Shown here one piece after another: positions 31,341-41,002 of a DNA stretch of 64,000 nt. The DNA lies in the NCBI GenBank assembly GCA_024403135.1, contig JAKSSK010000001.1, forward strand, positions 830-64,829. Direction: 5' to 3'. Positions within the stretch are counted from its first letter, which is position 1; each line of letters begins with the position of its first letter. The position numbers were made by a program, and so were the translations under genes. The DNA is from Clostridia bacterium. Lineage in GTDB: Bacteria; Bacillota; Clostridia; Peptostreptococcales; Anaerovoracaceae. The notes under the pieces are model-generated. The model saw only the letters and a program-made list of their open reading frames with translations, ran no database searches and was not told where the DNA came from.

Positions 31341-34300
31341 CTAGAAGAAAGAAAGCTGATCAGTTTCAGGAAGTCCATCAAGGACTCCGTAGCTTCTTAA
31401 AGCTTCTATGCAGCTCTTGTTTGCCCCAGCTCTATTCTGTATCTCCTCAACAGTCTCAAATTTTGCCTTTTCGTATTCAGATGCGATGGCTTTTGCAGCT
31501 GTTTCTCCTACTCCGTCAAGTGCAACAAGTGGAAGTATTACCTTGCCATCTAAAAGGCCAAATTTTGTAGCAGAAGATACTCCTAATTTTGGAGCAGTAA
31601 ACTCATATCCTCTAGCGTGCATCTCGTATGCAACTTCAAGGACGATTAGTTCATCCTTTTCAAGTTTAGTTGCGTTGATGCTCTTTTGGGTTATTTCATC
31701 CATTCTCTGCTTAATCGCTCCCTTACCCTTTAGGCAGGCCGAAGCATTAAACTCAGCTACCTTGGTGGTGAAGTAAGTGGCATAAAACTCTCTTGGATAG
31801 TACACCTTAAACCAGGCCATTCTCCAGCTCATCATGGTGTATGCTACAGCATGGGCTCTAGGGAACATATACTTAATCTTCTTGCAGGAATCAATGTACC
31901 AGTTAGGCACGTTGTTTTCTATCATTATCTTTTCCTTATCCTCGGCTACTCCCTTACCCTTTCTAACCTTTTCCATGATGTCGAAGGCTATGTTGTTAGG
32001 AAGTCCCTTTAGGATCAGGTAGTTCATAATGTCGTCACGAGTTGAAATTACTTCTCTCATGGTGGCCTCTCCAGAACGTATATAGTCCTGGGCGTTGTTT
32101 AGCCATACGTCGGTACCGTGGGAGAAACCTGAAATTCGAATTAGGTCGGCAAACTTGTCCGGCTTTGTGTCGTCCAGCATCTGTCTAGTAAAGCTGGTTC
32201 CAAATTCAGGTATTCCAAAGCTTCCGTGGGTGAATATGTATTTCTTATCCAAGATATCCAAGGCTTCTGGCCCTGTGAATATGCTCTTTACCTTGTCATC
32301 CTTAAATGGTATTGAGTATGGATCTATCCCTGTCATATCCTGAAGCTGCCTGATCATGGAAGGTACATCGTGACCTAGTATGTCCAGTTTGAGCAGGTTC
32401 TGGTCTATCTTGTGGTAGTCGAAATGAGTAGTGATTATGTCCGATGTAGTATCGTTTGCTGGATGCTGCACTGGACAGAACTCATATATCTCATGGTCAT
32501 CGGGACATATTACTATACCGCCTGGATGCTGACCTGTAGTACGCTTAACTCCCGTACATTCAGATACAAGCCTATCCACTTCATACTTTGCTACAGGTAT
32601 CTGCCTTTCCTCAAAGTATTTCTTAACAAATCCATAGGCAGTCTTATCCTTGATGGTGCCTACTGTACCTGCCTTAAATACGTTCTTTTCGCCGAAGATT
32701 TCACCTACGTACTTGTGAGCTATAGGCTGGTATTCTCCTGCGAAGTTAAGGTCGATATCTGGCTCCTTGTTTCCAGTAAAACCAAGGAAGGTTTCAAATG
32801 GAATGGTAAATCCATCCTGCTTCATGGTAGCACCGCACTTAGGACACTTCATTTCTGGCATGTCGCAGCCACAGTCGTATAGATTTTGATCTCCCCATAC
32901 AAGCTCCTTGCAGTCAGGGCAGATATAGTGTGGGGGAAGTGGATTTACCTCTGTAATTCCTGACATTGTAGCTGCAAAGGATGAACCAACGGAGCCTCTT
33001 GAACCTACCAGGTATCCATCCTTATTGCTCTTTTCTACCAACATCTTAGCAGATACGTACATTACAGCGTATCCGTTACCTATAATTGAATTTAGCTCCT
33101 TATCCAGTCTCTTTTGAATAGGCTCAGGAAGTGGATCTCCATATATTTCATGTACCTTCTTGTAGCAAGATTCCTCTAAAATCTTCTCTGCATCCTTGAT
33201 CTTTGGTGGGCATTTCTCCTCAGGAACAGGGCGAATAGTGCCATCGATCATATCTGCAATCAAGTTGGTGTTATCTATTACAACCTCTTTTGCCTTTTCC
33301 TCACCTAGATAGCTGAATTCATCTAACATTTCCTGGGTTGTTCTAAGGAAAAGTCCTTCTCCATCCTCTGCATCCTTGTATCCTTGACCTGCAAAGAGGA
33401 TGTTTCTGTAAATGGCTGCTTCTGGCTCTGGGTAGTGAGCATCTGTAGTTGCTACTACTGGCTTACCCAGTTTTTCACCAAGATTTACAATGTATCTATT
33501 AATATCTTCAAGGTCAGTGATGGAGCTTACTATGCCCCTTTCTATCATGAACTTGTTGTTAATTCTAGGCTGTATTTCAAGGTAGTCGTATCTTGCTGCT
33601 ATTTCCTCTATTCTTTCCTTGCTATGCTTATTTCTAATTGCAGAATAAAGTTCACCTGCTTCACAGGCAGAACCGATAATCAATCCTTCCCTGTATTCAT
33701 TTAACAGTGACCAAGGAAGTCTAGGCTTTCTGTAGAAGTAGTCTAGGTGGGAAAAAGAAACCAGCTTGTACATGTTCTTTAGCCCTTCCTGAGTCTTTGC
33801 CAGGATAATGATGTGATGGGTGTTCGTTTGCTTGTATGAAACACTTCCGCCTTCATCATCAAAGACGTATCCTTCTAGGCCGTAGATAACCTTGAAGTCC
33901 TTGTATTTATCTGCAGCAGCCTTCATATCTGGAAAGGCTTGAACTACACCGTGGTCTGTAATGGCAACAGCCTTTTGTCCCCACTCATAGCTCTTCTTTA
34001 CAATGTCGCTAGGCTTGTTAAGGCCGTCCATCTGGCTCATAAGGCTGTGGCAGTGAAGCTCTACCCTCTTCTTTTCTCCCTGGTATGTTTCCATCCTCTT
34101 TGGAAGGCTTTCCGCCTGATTGATGTTATCCATCATGATGACAGTAGCTCCATTATCGAAGTTATCTATCTGAGGGTTACCTGAAACAAGGACTGTCTGT
34201 CCTTCAGATAAATTCTTTTCCAGTTGTTCTTTTTTATCTGGCTGCAAAAATGCCTTGCAGGCGATGGTTGATTTATGGTTTGTAACAAGGATAGATGCAA

Positions 34301-34985
34301 TGAAGCTTCCTCTCTTTGTCTGAGTAAAGGTTATTCTAAATATTTCACCCTTTATTGCAACAGGTCGGCCATCTGGTAGTACATCTTCAACCTCTATTGG
34401 GTTCATGTTTATTTCTTTTCCGAAGATTACCTTGCTCCTTGTCTTAACCTTAATTTCTTCGTGTTCTTCTTCTATCTCCTTTGTTACCTTTTCAAAGACG
34501 GTTTCGTTGTTTACAAATTCAAACTTAAAATTAATATTGAATGTTTCGTTAAAGGTGTGAGCATACTTTAAAGCTGCTCTTTCGTTAAGCATGTTTGCCA
34601 TAACTTCACCTAAAACTGGAACTCTAATAACCCCTTTATATACGGTTAGCTGTCTAAGCTGTATGGACTTGGTAAGGCTTGAGTATTCCTTATACTTTGC
34701 AATAAGGTATGGCAGATAGTTAATTGCAATTTCTTCTTCAGTAAGAATCATATTCTCATACCTAAATGTAAATACCACGTCCTCTAGGTCAGGTATCATA
34801 TTAAGGATGTCAAGCTTTATCCTCTTTACATCCATGTAAGGCATGACAAAATTGAGTACTAAATTGATGTATAGTACTCTTGTGTCCTTGTCGATATATG
34901 AACTTTCTACCTGATACACGTAGTCTGAAACTGGATGATCTCCAATTTCAGTAAGGTGCATGTGCTTATTTATCAGCTGTTCCAT
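31341..34985 (-). CDS. polC: DNA polymerase III alpha, PolC type, lacking the 3'-5' exonuclease domain
   Basis: PolC layout is present: OB fold, PHP (RVELHCHSLMSQMDG, ITDHG, YGLE), zinc finger CPDC..CPKC, palm EPDIDLNF and KLDILGHD, HhH tail. It is only 1214 aa, and YGLE is followed within ~20 aa by HHIIILAKTQEGLKNMYKLVS, the point where the exonuclease insert normally sits. Confidence 0.9.
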   Translation of the reverse strand: MEQLINKHMHLTEIGDHPVSDYVYQVESSYIDKDTRVLYINLVLNFVMPYMDVKRIKLDILNMIPDLEDVVFTFRYENMILTEEEIAINYLPYLIAKYKEYSSLTKSIQLRQLTVYKGVIRVPVLGEVMANMLNERAALKYAHTFNETFNINFKFEFVNNETVFEKVTKEIEEEHEEIKVKTRSKVIFGKEINMNPIEVEDVLPDGRPVAIKGEIFRITFTQTKRGSFIASILVTNHKSTIACKAFLQPDKKEQLEKNLSEGQTVLVSGNPQIDNFDNGATVIMMDNINQAESLPKRMETYQGEKKRVELHCHSLMSQMDGLNKPSDIVKKSYEWGQKAVAITDHGVVQAFPDMKAAADKYKDFKVIYGLEGYVFDDEGGSVSYKQTNTHHIIILAKTQEGLKNMYKLVSFSHLDYFYRKPRLPWSLLNEYREGLIIGSACEAGELYSAIRNKHSKERIEEIAARYDYLEIQPRINNKFMIERGIVSSITDLEDINRYIVNLGEKLGKPVVATTDAHYPEPEAAIYRNILFAGQGYKDAEDGEGLFLRTTQEMLDEFSYLGEEKAKEVVIDNTNLIADMIDGTIRPVPEEKCPPKIKDAEKILEESCYKKVHEIYGDPLPEPIQKRLDKELNSIIGNGYAVMYVSAKMLVEKSNKDGYLVGSRGSVGSSFAATMSGITEVNPLPPHYICPDCKELVWGDQNLYDCGCDMPEMKCPKCGATMKQDGFTIPFETFLGFTGNKEPDIDLNFAGEYQPIAHKYVGEIFGEKNVFKAGTVGTIKDKTAYGFVKKYFEERQIPVAKYEVDRLVSECTGVKRTTGQHPGGIVICPDDHEIYEFCPVQHPANDTTSDIITTHFDYHKIDQNLLKLDILGHDVPSMIRQLQDMTGIDPYSIPFKDDKVKSIFTGPEALDILDKKYIFTHGSFGIPEFGTSFTRQMLDDTKPDKFADLIRISGFSHGTDVWLNNAQDYIRSGEATMREVISTRDDIMNYLILKGLPNNIAFDIMEKVRKGKGVAEDKEKIMIENNVPNWYIDSCKKIKYMFPRAHAVAYTMMSWRMAWFKVYYPREFYATYFTTKVAEFNASACLKGKGAIKQRMDEITQKSINATKLEKDELIVLEVAYEMHARGYEFTAPKLGVSSATKFGLLDGKVILPLVALDGVGETAAKAIASEYEKAKFETVEEIQNRAGANKSCIEALRSYGVLDGLPETDQLSFF

Positions 34986-36012
34986 TATTAATTAAATCGT
35001 ATAGAGCATCTGGAATTTCCTCTTCCTTAACGCTCTTAATGATTTCTCCTTTTTTAAATAATAATCCCTTGCCGTCTCCACCAGCTACTCCAAAGTCTGC
35101 TTCCTTGGCTTCCCCTGGGCCGTTTACTGCGCATCCCATGATGGCAACGGTGATTCCGTCAAAGCCCTCTAGCTTTGCTTCGATCTTTTCAGTTAGACCT
35201 TCAAGGTCAATCTTGGTCCTTCCGCAGGTTGGACAGGATATATAGTTTACGCCCTGCTTTCTAAGGCCTAGGACTTTAAGTATTTCCTTGGCGTACTTTA
35301 CTTCTTCCACAGGGTTTGCTGTTAAAGATACCCTCATGGTATCTCCAATGCCGTCTAGTAACAGCGCACCAATACCAATTGCTGACTTGGTCTTTCCCAG
35401 TTTCATGGTGCCAGCCTCAGTAATTCCAATGTGAATTGGATGATCCGTTCTTTCAGACAGTATTTTATGGGCCTCATAGTTCATCTTAACGTCAGATGAC
35501 TTTAGAGAAACTACTAGGTTATCGTAGCCTAAGTCTTCAATTACCTTTAGATTTCTAAGGGCGCTTTCTGCAAGGCCTTCTGCAGTAACCTTGCCGTACT
35601 TAGCTAAAATATCCTTTTCTAGAGAGCCAGAGTTTACTCCGACTCTAATAGGGATATTTCTTTCCTTTGCAGCATCTACTACAACTTTAACGTTTTCAAC
35701 TGAGCCTATGTTACCAGGGTTAATTCTAACCTTGTCCACTCCAGCTTCAATTGCTGCCACAGCAAGGCGGTAATCGAAGTGAATGTCTGCTACTAGCGGA
35801 ATATGTATATGCTTTTTAACTTCCTTGATAGACTGTACTGACTCCATATCTGGAACTGCCATTCTAACTATCTCGCAGCCTGCTTCTTCAAGGTCTAGAA
35901 TCTGCTTTATTAAAGCCTTGCTATCCCTTGAGTCCACGTTGGTCATGGACTGAATGGTTATTGGCGCTCCGCCGCCTATCAGTACGTCTTTAACTTTTAC
36001 CTGTCTTGTCAT
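34966..36012 (-). CDS. ispG: 4-hydroxy-3-methylbut-2-enyl diphosphate synthase
   Basis: GcpE family with C-terminal CPTCGR...GCAVNGPGE cluster motifs. Start moved to MTRQVKV, which forms an ATGA overlap with the rseP stop. Confidence 0.92.
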   Translation of the reverse strand: MTRQVKVKDVLIGGGAPITIQSMTNVDSRDSKALIKQILDLEEAGCEIVRMAVPDMESVQSIKEVKKHIHIPLVADIHFDYRLAVAAIEAGVDKVRINPGNIGSVENVKVVVDAAKERNIPIRVGVNSGSLEKDILAKYGKVTAEGLAESALRNLKVIEDLGYDNLVVSLKSSDVKMNYEAHKILSERTDHPIHIGITEAGTMKLGKTKSAIGIGALLLDGIGDTMRVSLTANPVEEVKYAKEILKVLGLRKQGVNYISCPTCGRTKIDLEGLTEKIEAKLEGFDGITVAIMGCAVNGPGEAKEADFGVAGGDGKGLLFKKGEIIKSVKEEEIPDALYDLINNGTADK

Positions 36013-37004
36013 AGTAACCTCACTATATCGTTCCAAGTTATGTAGAACATCAGGGCAAGTAGAAGCAGCATTCCAATGGTATGGACTGTTCCTTCCATCT
36101 CGTCTGTTATCATCTTGCCTGTAACTTTTCTAATTATTACGAATAGGATTCTTCCTCCATCAAGGGCAGGAAATGGCAGCATGTTTACAAATGCTAAATT
36201 TAGGCTGATAAATGCCATCAGGTAGAAGAAGTACATAAGTCCAAGACTTGATGTCTGCCCTACTATGGATATTAGGCCTACTGGTCCAGCTAGATCATCC
36301 ATACCTGCTCTACCTGTAAAGAGCATTGCTAGTGAATCCACCATTGTGACGCACATCTGGCCTGTAGCCTTAATTCCTCTTGAAAGAGATGTTCCTAGGC
36401 TTTTATCTACCTTACAGGTTATGCCTATAACCTTCCTATTTGCTTCCTCGTCCAGTTTTACATTAACTTTGAGAGTTTGTTCATTACCATCTCTTAAAAC
36501 GGTAATACGGGCTGTTTTATCCTGTCCCTGCAGAAATTCTCCCACGTCGTTCCAAGTGTTTACAGCTTTACCGTCTATGTCGATTATTTGGTCCCCTTCT
36601 TGTATTACTCCATAAGCTGGCATTCCCTCCTGAACCTTATCTATGATGGTAGTTGCAGTACCTGTAGATGCTGCCATGATAATCATGATAACTACGCAGA
36701 TAAGCACGTTCATAAAGGAGCCTGCAACTAGAACGCATATCTTTTGCCATGCCTTCTTGTTGTTAAAAGCCCTTGGATTTTCTGATTCTTCGTTTTCTCC
36801 TTCCATGGCGCAGTATCCACCTATTGGAATGGCCCTAAGCGAGTAAAGGGTTTCTCCCCTTTGCTTCTTAAAGATTGCAGGACCCATTCCCAGCGCAAAT
36901 TCGTTTACCTGCACCTTGCACATCTTGGCTACTACAAAGTGACCAAGCTCGTGCGGAAAGATAAGCACGCAGAACAGTAGAATTGCTAGTATTGCTGTCT
37001 TCAT
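36009..37004 (-). CDS. rseP: Site-2 (M50) regulated intramembrane metalloprotease
   Basis: HELGHFVVA and NMLPFPALDGG motifs with one PDZ-like middle region. Confidence 0.9.
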   Translation of the reverse strand: MKTAILAILLFCVLIFPHELGHFVVAKMCKVQVNEFALGMGPAIFKKQRGETLYSLRAIPIGGYCAMEGENEESENPRAFNNKKAWQKICVLVAGSFMNVLICVVIMIIMAASTGTATTIIDKVQEGMPAYGVIQEGDQIIDIDGKAVNTWNDVGEFLQGQDKTARITVLRDGNEQTLKVNVKLDEEANRKVIGITCKVDKSLGTSLSRGIKATGQMCVTMVDSLAMLFTGRAGMDDLAGPVGLISIVGQTSSLGLMYFFYLMAFISLNLAFVNMLPFPALDGGRILFVIIRKVTGKMITDEMEGTVHTIGMLLLLALMFYITWNDIVRLL

Positions 37005-38125
37005 GCTAGTTGTTCTCTAATCTCCTTATCTATATCTAAAATATCCTGTAGTCCTAAGTCATATGATGGCTTATGGCCTTCAAGGATTTCTTCTAGTCTC
37101 TCTTGTATTTGAATAAATCTAATTTCACCCTTTAGGAACTTATCCACCAGTACCTCGTTGGCACCATTAAGCACTACCGGATAGCTTCCGCCCTTTTCCT
37201 CTGCCTCAAATGCAAGCTTTAAGCACTTAAAGGTTTCCATATCTGGCTCTTCAAAGGTTAGGTTTTGTCCAAATAGATTAAGTTCACTTTCACTTGATGG
37301 TATTCTATCTGGATAGCCAAAGGCCAGTGAAATTGGTATCCTCATATCCGGCACTCCCAGCTGAGCGATGATGGATGAATCCATGTACTCTACCGCTGAG
37401 TGAACTATGGACTGAGGGTGAACCACTACCTGAACCTGATCAAGCGATGCACCAAACAGGTGCTTTGCTTCAATCACTTCAAGTCCCTTGTTCATAAGGG
37501 TTGCTGAATCTATGGTGATCTTCTTTCCCATGTTCCACTTAGGATGCTTTAATGCTTCAGCAAGTGTAACATCCTTTAGCTTGTCTAAGGTATATCCTCT
37601 AAAAGGTCCACCTGAGCAGGTTAAAAGAATTCTTCTAAAGTCTCTATTCTTGTTTCCTTCTAAGCACTGAAAGATTGCGCTATGCTCGCTATCTACAGGA
37701 AGAAGCTTAACTCCATTTTCCTTTACCAGATCCATGACAAGTCTTCCCCCTGTTACCAGGGTTTCCTTGTTAGCTAGGGCTATATCCTTTCCTGCCTTAA
37801 TTCCTGCGCAGGTAGGAGCAAGTCCCTTAATCCCCATAAGTGAGTTAAGCACCATATCACAGTCTGAAGTAGCAGCTGTAACTAGCCCTTCATCACCAAA
37901 CTCAATATCCATATTGGGATACTTCTTCTTTAGGTAAAGGGCATCTTCCTCTTTTGCTACTACAGCAAGAGAAGGTTTAAACTCCTTGATCTGCTCTTCC
38001 AGCTCTTTTATTCTATTTCCGCAGGATACGCAGGTTACCTGAAACTTTTCTGGATTCTTTCTTACAATATCCAGTCCTTGAGTTCCTATGGAACCTGTGC
38101 TTCCTAGTATTGCTATCTTTTTCAT
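37001..38125 (-). CDS. dxr: 1-deoxy-D-xylulose-5-phosphate reductoisomerase
   Basis: GSTGSIGTQ NADPH motif, plus LANKE and DSEHSAIFQC. Confidence 0.95.
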   Translation of the reverse strand: MKKIAILGSTGSIGTQGLDIVRKNPEKFQVTCVSCGNRIKELEEQIKEFKPSLAVVAKEEDALYLKKKYPNMDIEFGDEGLVTAATSDCDMVLNSLMGIKGLAPTCAGIKAGKDIALANKETLVTGGRLVMDLVKENGVKLLPVDSEHSAIFQCLEGNKNRDFRRILLTCSGGPFRGYTLDKLKDVTLAEALKHPKWNMGKKITIDSATLMNKGLEVIEAKHLFGASLDQVQVVVHPQSIVHSAVEYMDSSIIAQLGVPDMRIPISLAFGYPDRIPSSESELNLFGQNLTFEEPDMETFKCLKLAFEAEEKGGSYPVVLNGANEVLVDKFLKGEIRFIQIQERLEEILEGHKPSYDLGLQDILDIDKEIREQLA

Positions 38126-38137
38126 AAGTCTTTCCTG

Positions 38138-38920
38138 TTACATTACGAAGGTCATGTAGTAGTAAACCACTGGGGCTACCATTATTACGCTATCGAAGCG
38201 GTCCATGATGCCGCCGTGACCTGGTATTAGTTTTCCGTAGTCCTTAATTCCCATCTTTCTCTTAAATGCTGATGCTGTTAAGTCTCCTAGCTGAGCAAAT
38301 ATTGCTCCAACTAAACCTATCACTAAACAGTGTACTAGCATATCTGGCATTACAAAGTATCCGAAGGCTCCGCAGCAGATGATGCTACCTAAGGTTCCTC
38401 CTATTGCTCCAGCCCAGGTCTTCTTTGGACTTAGGTTAGGACAAAGCTTCTTGTTGCCAAATAGGTAGCCTGAAAAGTATGCGAATATGTCTGTTGCAAA
38501 GGATGCAATCAAAACTATCCAGATCATTATGCTTAGATCTGGTGAATCTGCAATTAGTGCTATATGGAACGAGAAGAATACCACGTACATAATTCCAATA
38601 GCTGTTGTTACTGCATCTTCTAGCTTTCTATCCTCTATCTTAAATAGGTAAAGGCCACTTGCCATGACGGATAAAAACATCCAAAGTAGTATAAGCGTGA
38701 AGTTGTTTGGGGCCCAAAGCTGAATTACGTAAAGAACGAATAGGGATAGGTAGCCTACTATGAATGCAGGTTTAAATCCCATGTTCTTAAAGCCCTCGTA
38801 AAATTCCTTAAGTCCTATTAAGCCGATTAAGAATGCCGCACCAATTAGCCAGTAACCGCCTAAATACACAATTACTAATAGCGGCACCATGCATAAACCA
38901 GCTAATACTCTAGTTTTCAT
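38138..38920 (-). CDS. cdsA: Phosphatidate cytidylyltransferase
   Basis: Polytopic protein with the C-terminal signature SAFKR..GIKD...PGHGGIMDRFDS. Confidence 0.92.
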   Translation of the reverse strand: MKTRVLAGLCMVPLLVIVYLGGYWLIGAAFLIGLIGLKEFYEGFKNMGFKPAFIVGYLSLFVLYVIQLWAPNNFTLILLWMFLSVMASGLYLFKIEDRKLEDAVTTAIGIMYVVFFSFHIALIADSPDLSIMIWIVLIASFATDIFAYFSGYLFGNKKLCPNLSPKKTWAGAIGGTLGSIICCGAFGYFVMPDMLVHCLVIGLVGAIFAQLGDLTASAFKRKMGIKDYGKLIPGHGGIMDRFDSVIMVAPVVYYYMTFVM

Positions 38921-39609
38921 TATTTTCTTCCTCCAAATCGTCTATCTCTAGACTGATATTCCTCAATACACCTTTCAAATTCTTCTGGGGTAAAGTCTGG
39001 CCAAAGCACATCTGTAAAGACGAACTCGCTATATGCTGCCTGCCACATCAGGAAGTTTGAAAGCCTTTCTTCTCCGCTAGTCCTAATTATTACCTCTGGA
39101 TCTGGGATTCCCAGCTCTCCTGTGTAAAGGTGCTTTGAAAGGTTCTCCTCTGTGATCTCCCCAGTCATGTTCTTTACTGCTCTTACGATCTCTGCCCTTG
39201 AACCGTAGTTAAGGCAAATGTTAAAGCATATACCGTCGTTATCCTTGGTATCTTCTACAGCCTTAGTAATCCTATCTAAAGCATCTTCTGGCAGCGGTGA
39301 TACATCTCCAAGTATATTTACTTTAACGTTATTATAGTTAAGTTCCTTTAACTCGCTATCTACGTACTTAACTAGCAGTGAAAAGATTCCGCTTATCTCT
39401 TCAGCCGTTCTCTTCCAGTTTTCTGTGGAAAAGGCATACACGGTCAAGTGCTCTATTCCAAGGGTTTTAGCCTTTTTAAGAATCTCCTTCATGGCCTTCA
39501 TGCCAGCATTGTGTCCAGCTACCCTAGGAACCATGTGAGCCTTAGCCCATCTACCGTTTCCGTCCATAATTATCCCAACGTGTTTTGGGATTCTATCTAA
39601 ATCTAACAT
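38920..39609 (-). CDS. uppS: Undecaprenyl diphosphate synthase
   Basis: Motifs HVGIIMDGNGRWA, TVYAFSTENWKR and ERLSNFLMWQ. Confidence 0.95.
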   Translation of the reverse strand: MLDLDRIPKHVGIIMDGNGRWAKAHMVPRVAGHNAGMKAMKEILKKAKTLGIEHLTVYAFSTENWKRTAEEISGIFSLLVKYVDSELKELNYNNVKVNILGDVSPLPEDALDRITKAVEDTKDNDGICFNICLNYGSRAEIVRAVKNMTGEITEENLSKHLYTGELGIPDPEVIIRTSGEERLSNFLMWQAAYSEFVFTDVLWPDFTPEEFERCIEEYQSRDRRFGGRK

Positions 39610-39620
39610 ATGTCACCTAT

Positions 39621-39646
39621 ATAAAAGTGTGGCATAAAGCCACACT
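39621..39646 (-). terminator. Hairpin after frr, possibly an attenuating terminator
   Basis: AGTGTGGC-loop-GCCACACT followed on the minus strand by TTTTAT. Confidence 0.55.
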
Positions 39647-39647
39647 A

Positions 39648-40202
39648 TTAAACTTCTAATATTTCCTTATCCTTGTTAGCAACAGTTTCATCAACTAGCT
39701 TGATAGCCTTGTCGATTGCCTTTTGGATTTGATCAAGTTCTTCCTTTAGATCGTCTTCAGTTAATTCTCCATCCTTCTGTTGTTTCTTAAGGTGTTCGTT
39801 TGCGTCTCTTCTAAGGTTTCTGATGGCTACCTTTGCGTCTTCACCGATCTTCTTTACCTGCTTAGTAAGTTCAATTCTTCTTTCCTCTGTTAGTTGAGGG
39901 ATAGCAAGTCTTACGCACTTACCATCGTTTGAAGGGTTGATACCAATATTAGCCATGTTGATAGCCTTTTCAATGTTTTGAATTGAGCTAGCATCAAATG
40001 GTGAGATAAGTAGAGTTCTTGGATCTGGAACTGAAATGTTTGCAATGTTCCTTAATGGTGTTGGAGTTCCATAGTAGTCTACTGTAACCTTATCTAAAAG
40101 TGCAGGGTTTGCTCTTCCTGCTCTTACTGTGTTTAAATCTTCCTTTAAAATTGAAATTGACTTTTCAATCTTTGCTTCCATCATTTCTTTAATTTCAGCC
40201 AT
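39648..40202 (-). CDS. frr: Ribosome recycling factor
   Basis: 184 aa with RAGRANPALLD and LTEERR motifs. Confidence 0.96.
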   Translation of the reverse strand: MAEIKEMMEAKIEKSISILKEDLNTVRAGRANPALLDKVTVDYYGTPTPLRNIANISVPDPRTLLISPFDASSIQNIEKAINMANIGINPSNDGKCVRLAIPQLTEERRIELTKQVKKIGEDAKVAIRNLRRDANEHLKKQQKDGELTEDDLKEELDQIQKAIDKAIKLVDETVANKDKEILEV

Positions 40203-40211
40203 AACATCCTC

Positions 40212-40916
40212 CTATTTAATCAATGTGCCGATCTTTTCTCCACAAACGGCTTTCTTTACATTACCTTCTTCTGAAAGTGCGAATACGTGAATCTTAATGT
40301 TGTTGTCCTTACAAAGTGTAGCTGCTGTAAGGTCCATTACCTTAAGATCTTGTTCTACCACATCCATAAATGATAGCTCATCGAACTTCTTTGCATCTTT
40401 ATTTGTTGCTGGATCTGAATCATATACCCCGTCAATGTTCTTTGCAAGAAGTATTACATCCGCATCTATTTCGGCAGCTCTAAGTGCTGCAGCAGTATCT
40501 GTTGAGAAGAAAGGATTTCCTGTTCCTGCTCCAAAGATTACTACCTCGTTATGTTCTAAGTGTCTTAAAGCTCTTCTTCTAGCGTAAGGCTCTGCCAGTT
40601 CTTTCATCTCGATGGCAGTTTGTACCTTTGTCTTTACTCCCTGTGCAAGCAGTGCATCCTGAAGTGCCATGGAGTTCATTACTGTAGCCAGCATTCCCAT
40701 GTAGTCTGCTGTAGCTCTATCCATGTCCTGGCTAGTTCTACCTCTCCAGAAGTTTCCGCCTCCTACAACGATGGCAGTTTCAACACCTAGATCGTTTATT
40801 TCCTTGATCTGTTTAGCTACCACTTTAGTCATCTGAGGGTTGATTCCAAACTTCTGCTCCCCTGCTAAAGCTTCGCCACTAATCTTTAATAAAACTCTCT
40901 TGTATTTAGGTTCCAT
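40212..40916 (-). CDS. pyrH: UMP kinase
   Basis: Motifs [22 protein letters not shown] and [14 protein letters not shown]. Confidence 0.96.
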   Translation of the reverse strand: MEPKYKRVLLKISGEALAGEQKFGINPQMTKVVAKQIKEINDLGVETAIVVGGGNFWRGRTSQDMDRATADYMGMLATVMNSMALQDALLAQGVKTKVQTAIEMKELAEPYARRRALRHLEHNEVVIFGAGTGNPFFSTDTAAALRAAEIDADVILLAKNIDGVYDSDPATNKDAKKFDELSFMDVVEQDLKVMDLTAATLCKDNNIKIHVFALSEEGNVKKAVCGEKIGTLIK

Positions 40917-40964
40917 TATTCACCTTTCTCCTATCTTTCACATTTCATATATTATACCATAAAT

Positions 40965-40990
40965 TAAAAAAAGGTTGCAATGCAACCTTT
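40965..40990. terminator. Palindromic rho-independent terminator after the CofE-like gene
   Basis: AAGGTTGC-AAT-GCAACCTT flanked by an A-run and a T-rich stretch. Confidence 0.7.
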
Positions 40991-41002
40991 CAATATTTTT
41001 CA

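Noticed and set aside
31250-31570. 106-aa plus-strand ORF spanning the rimP/polC spacer and the polC 3' end.
   Set aside because: It crosses the polC terminator hairpin, lies antisense to the polC C-terminus, and has no RBS.
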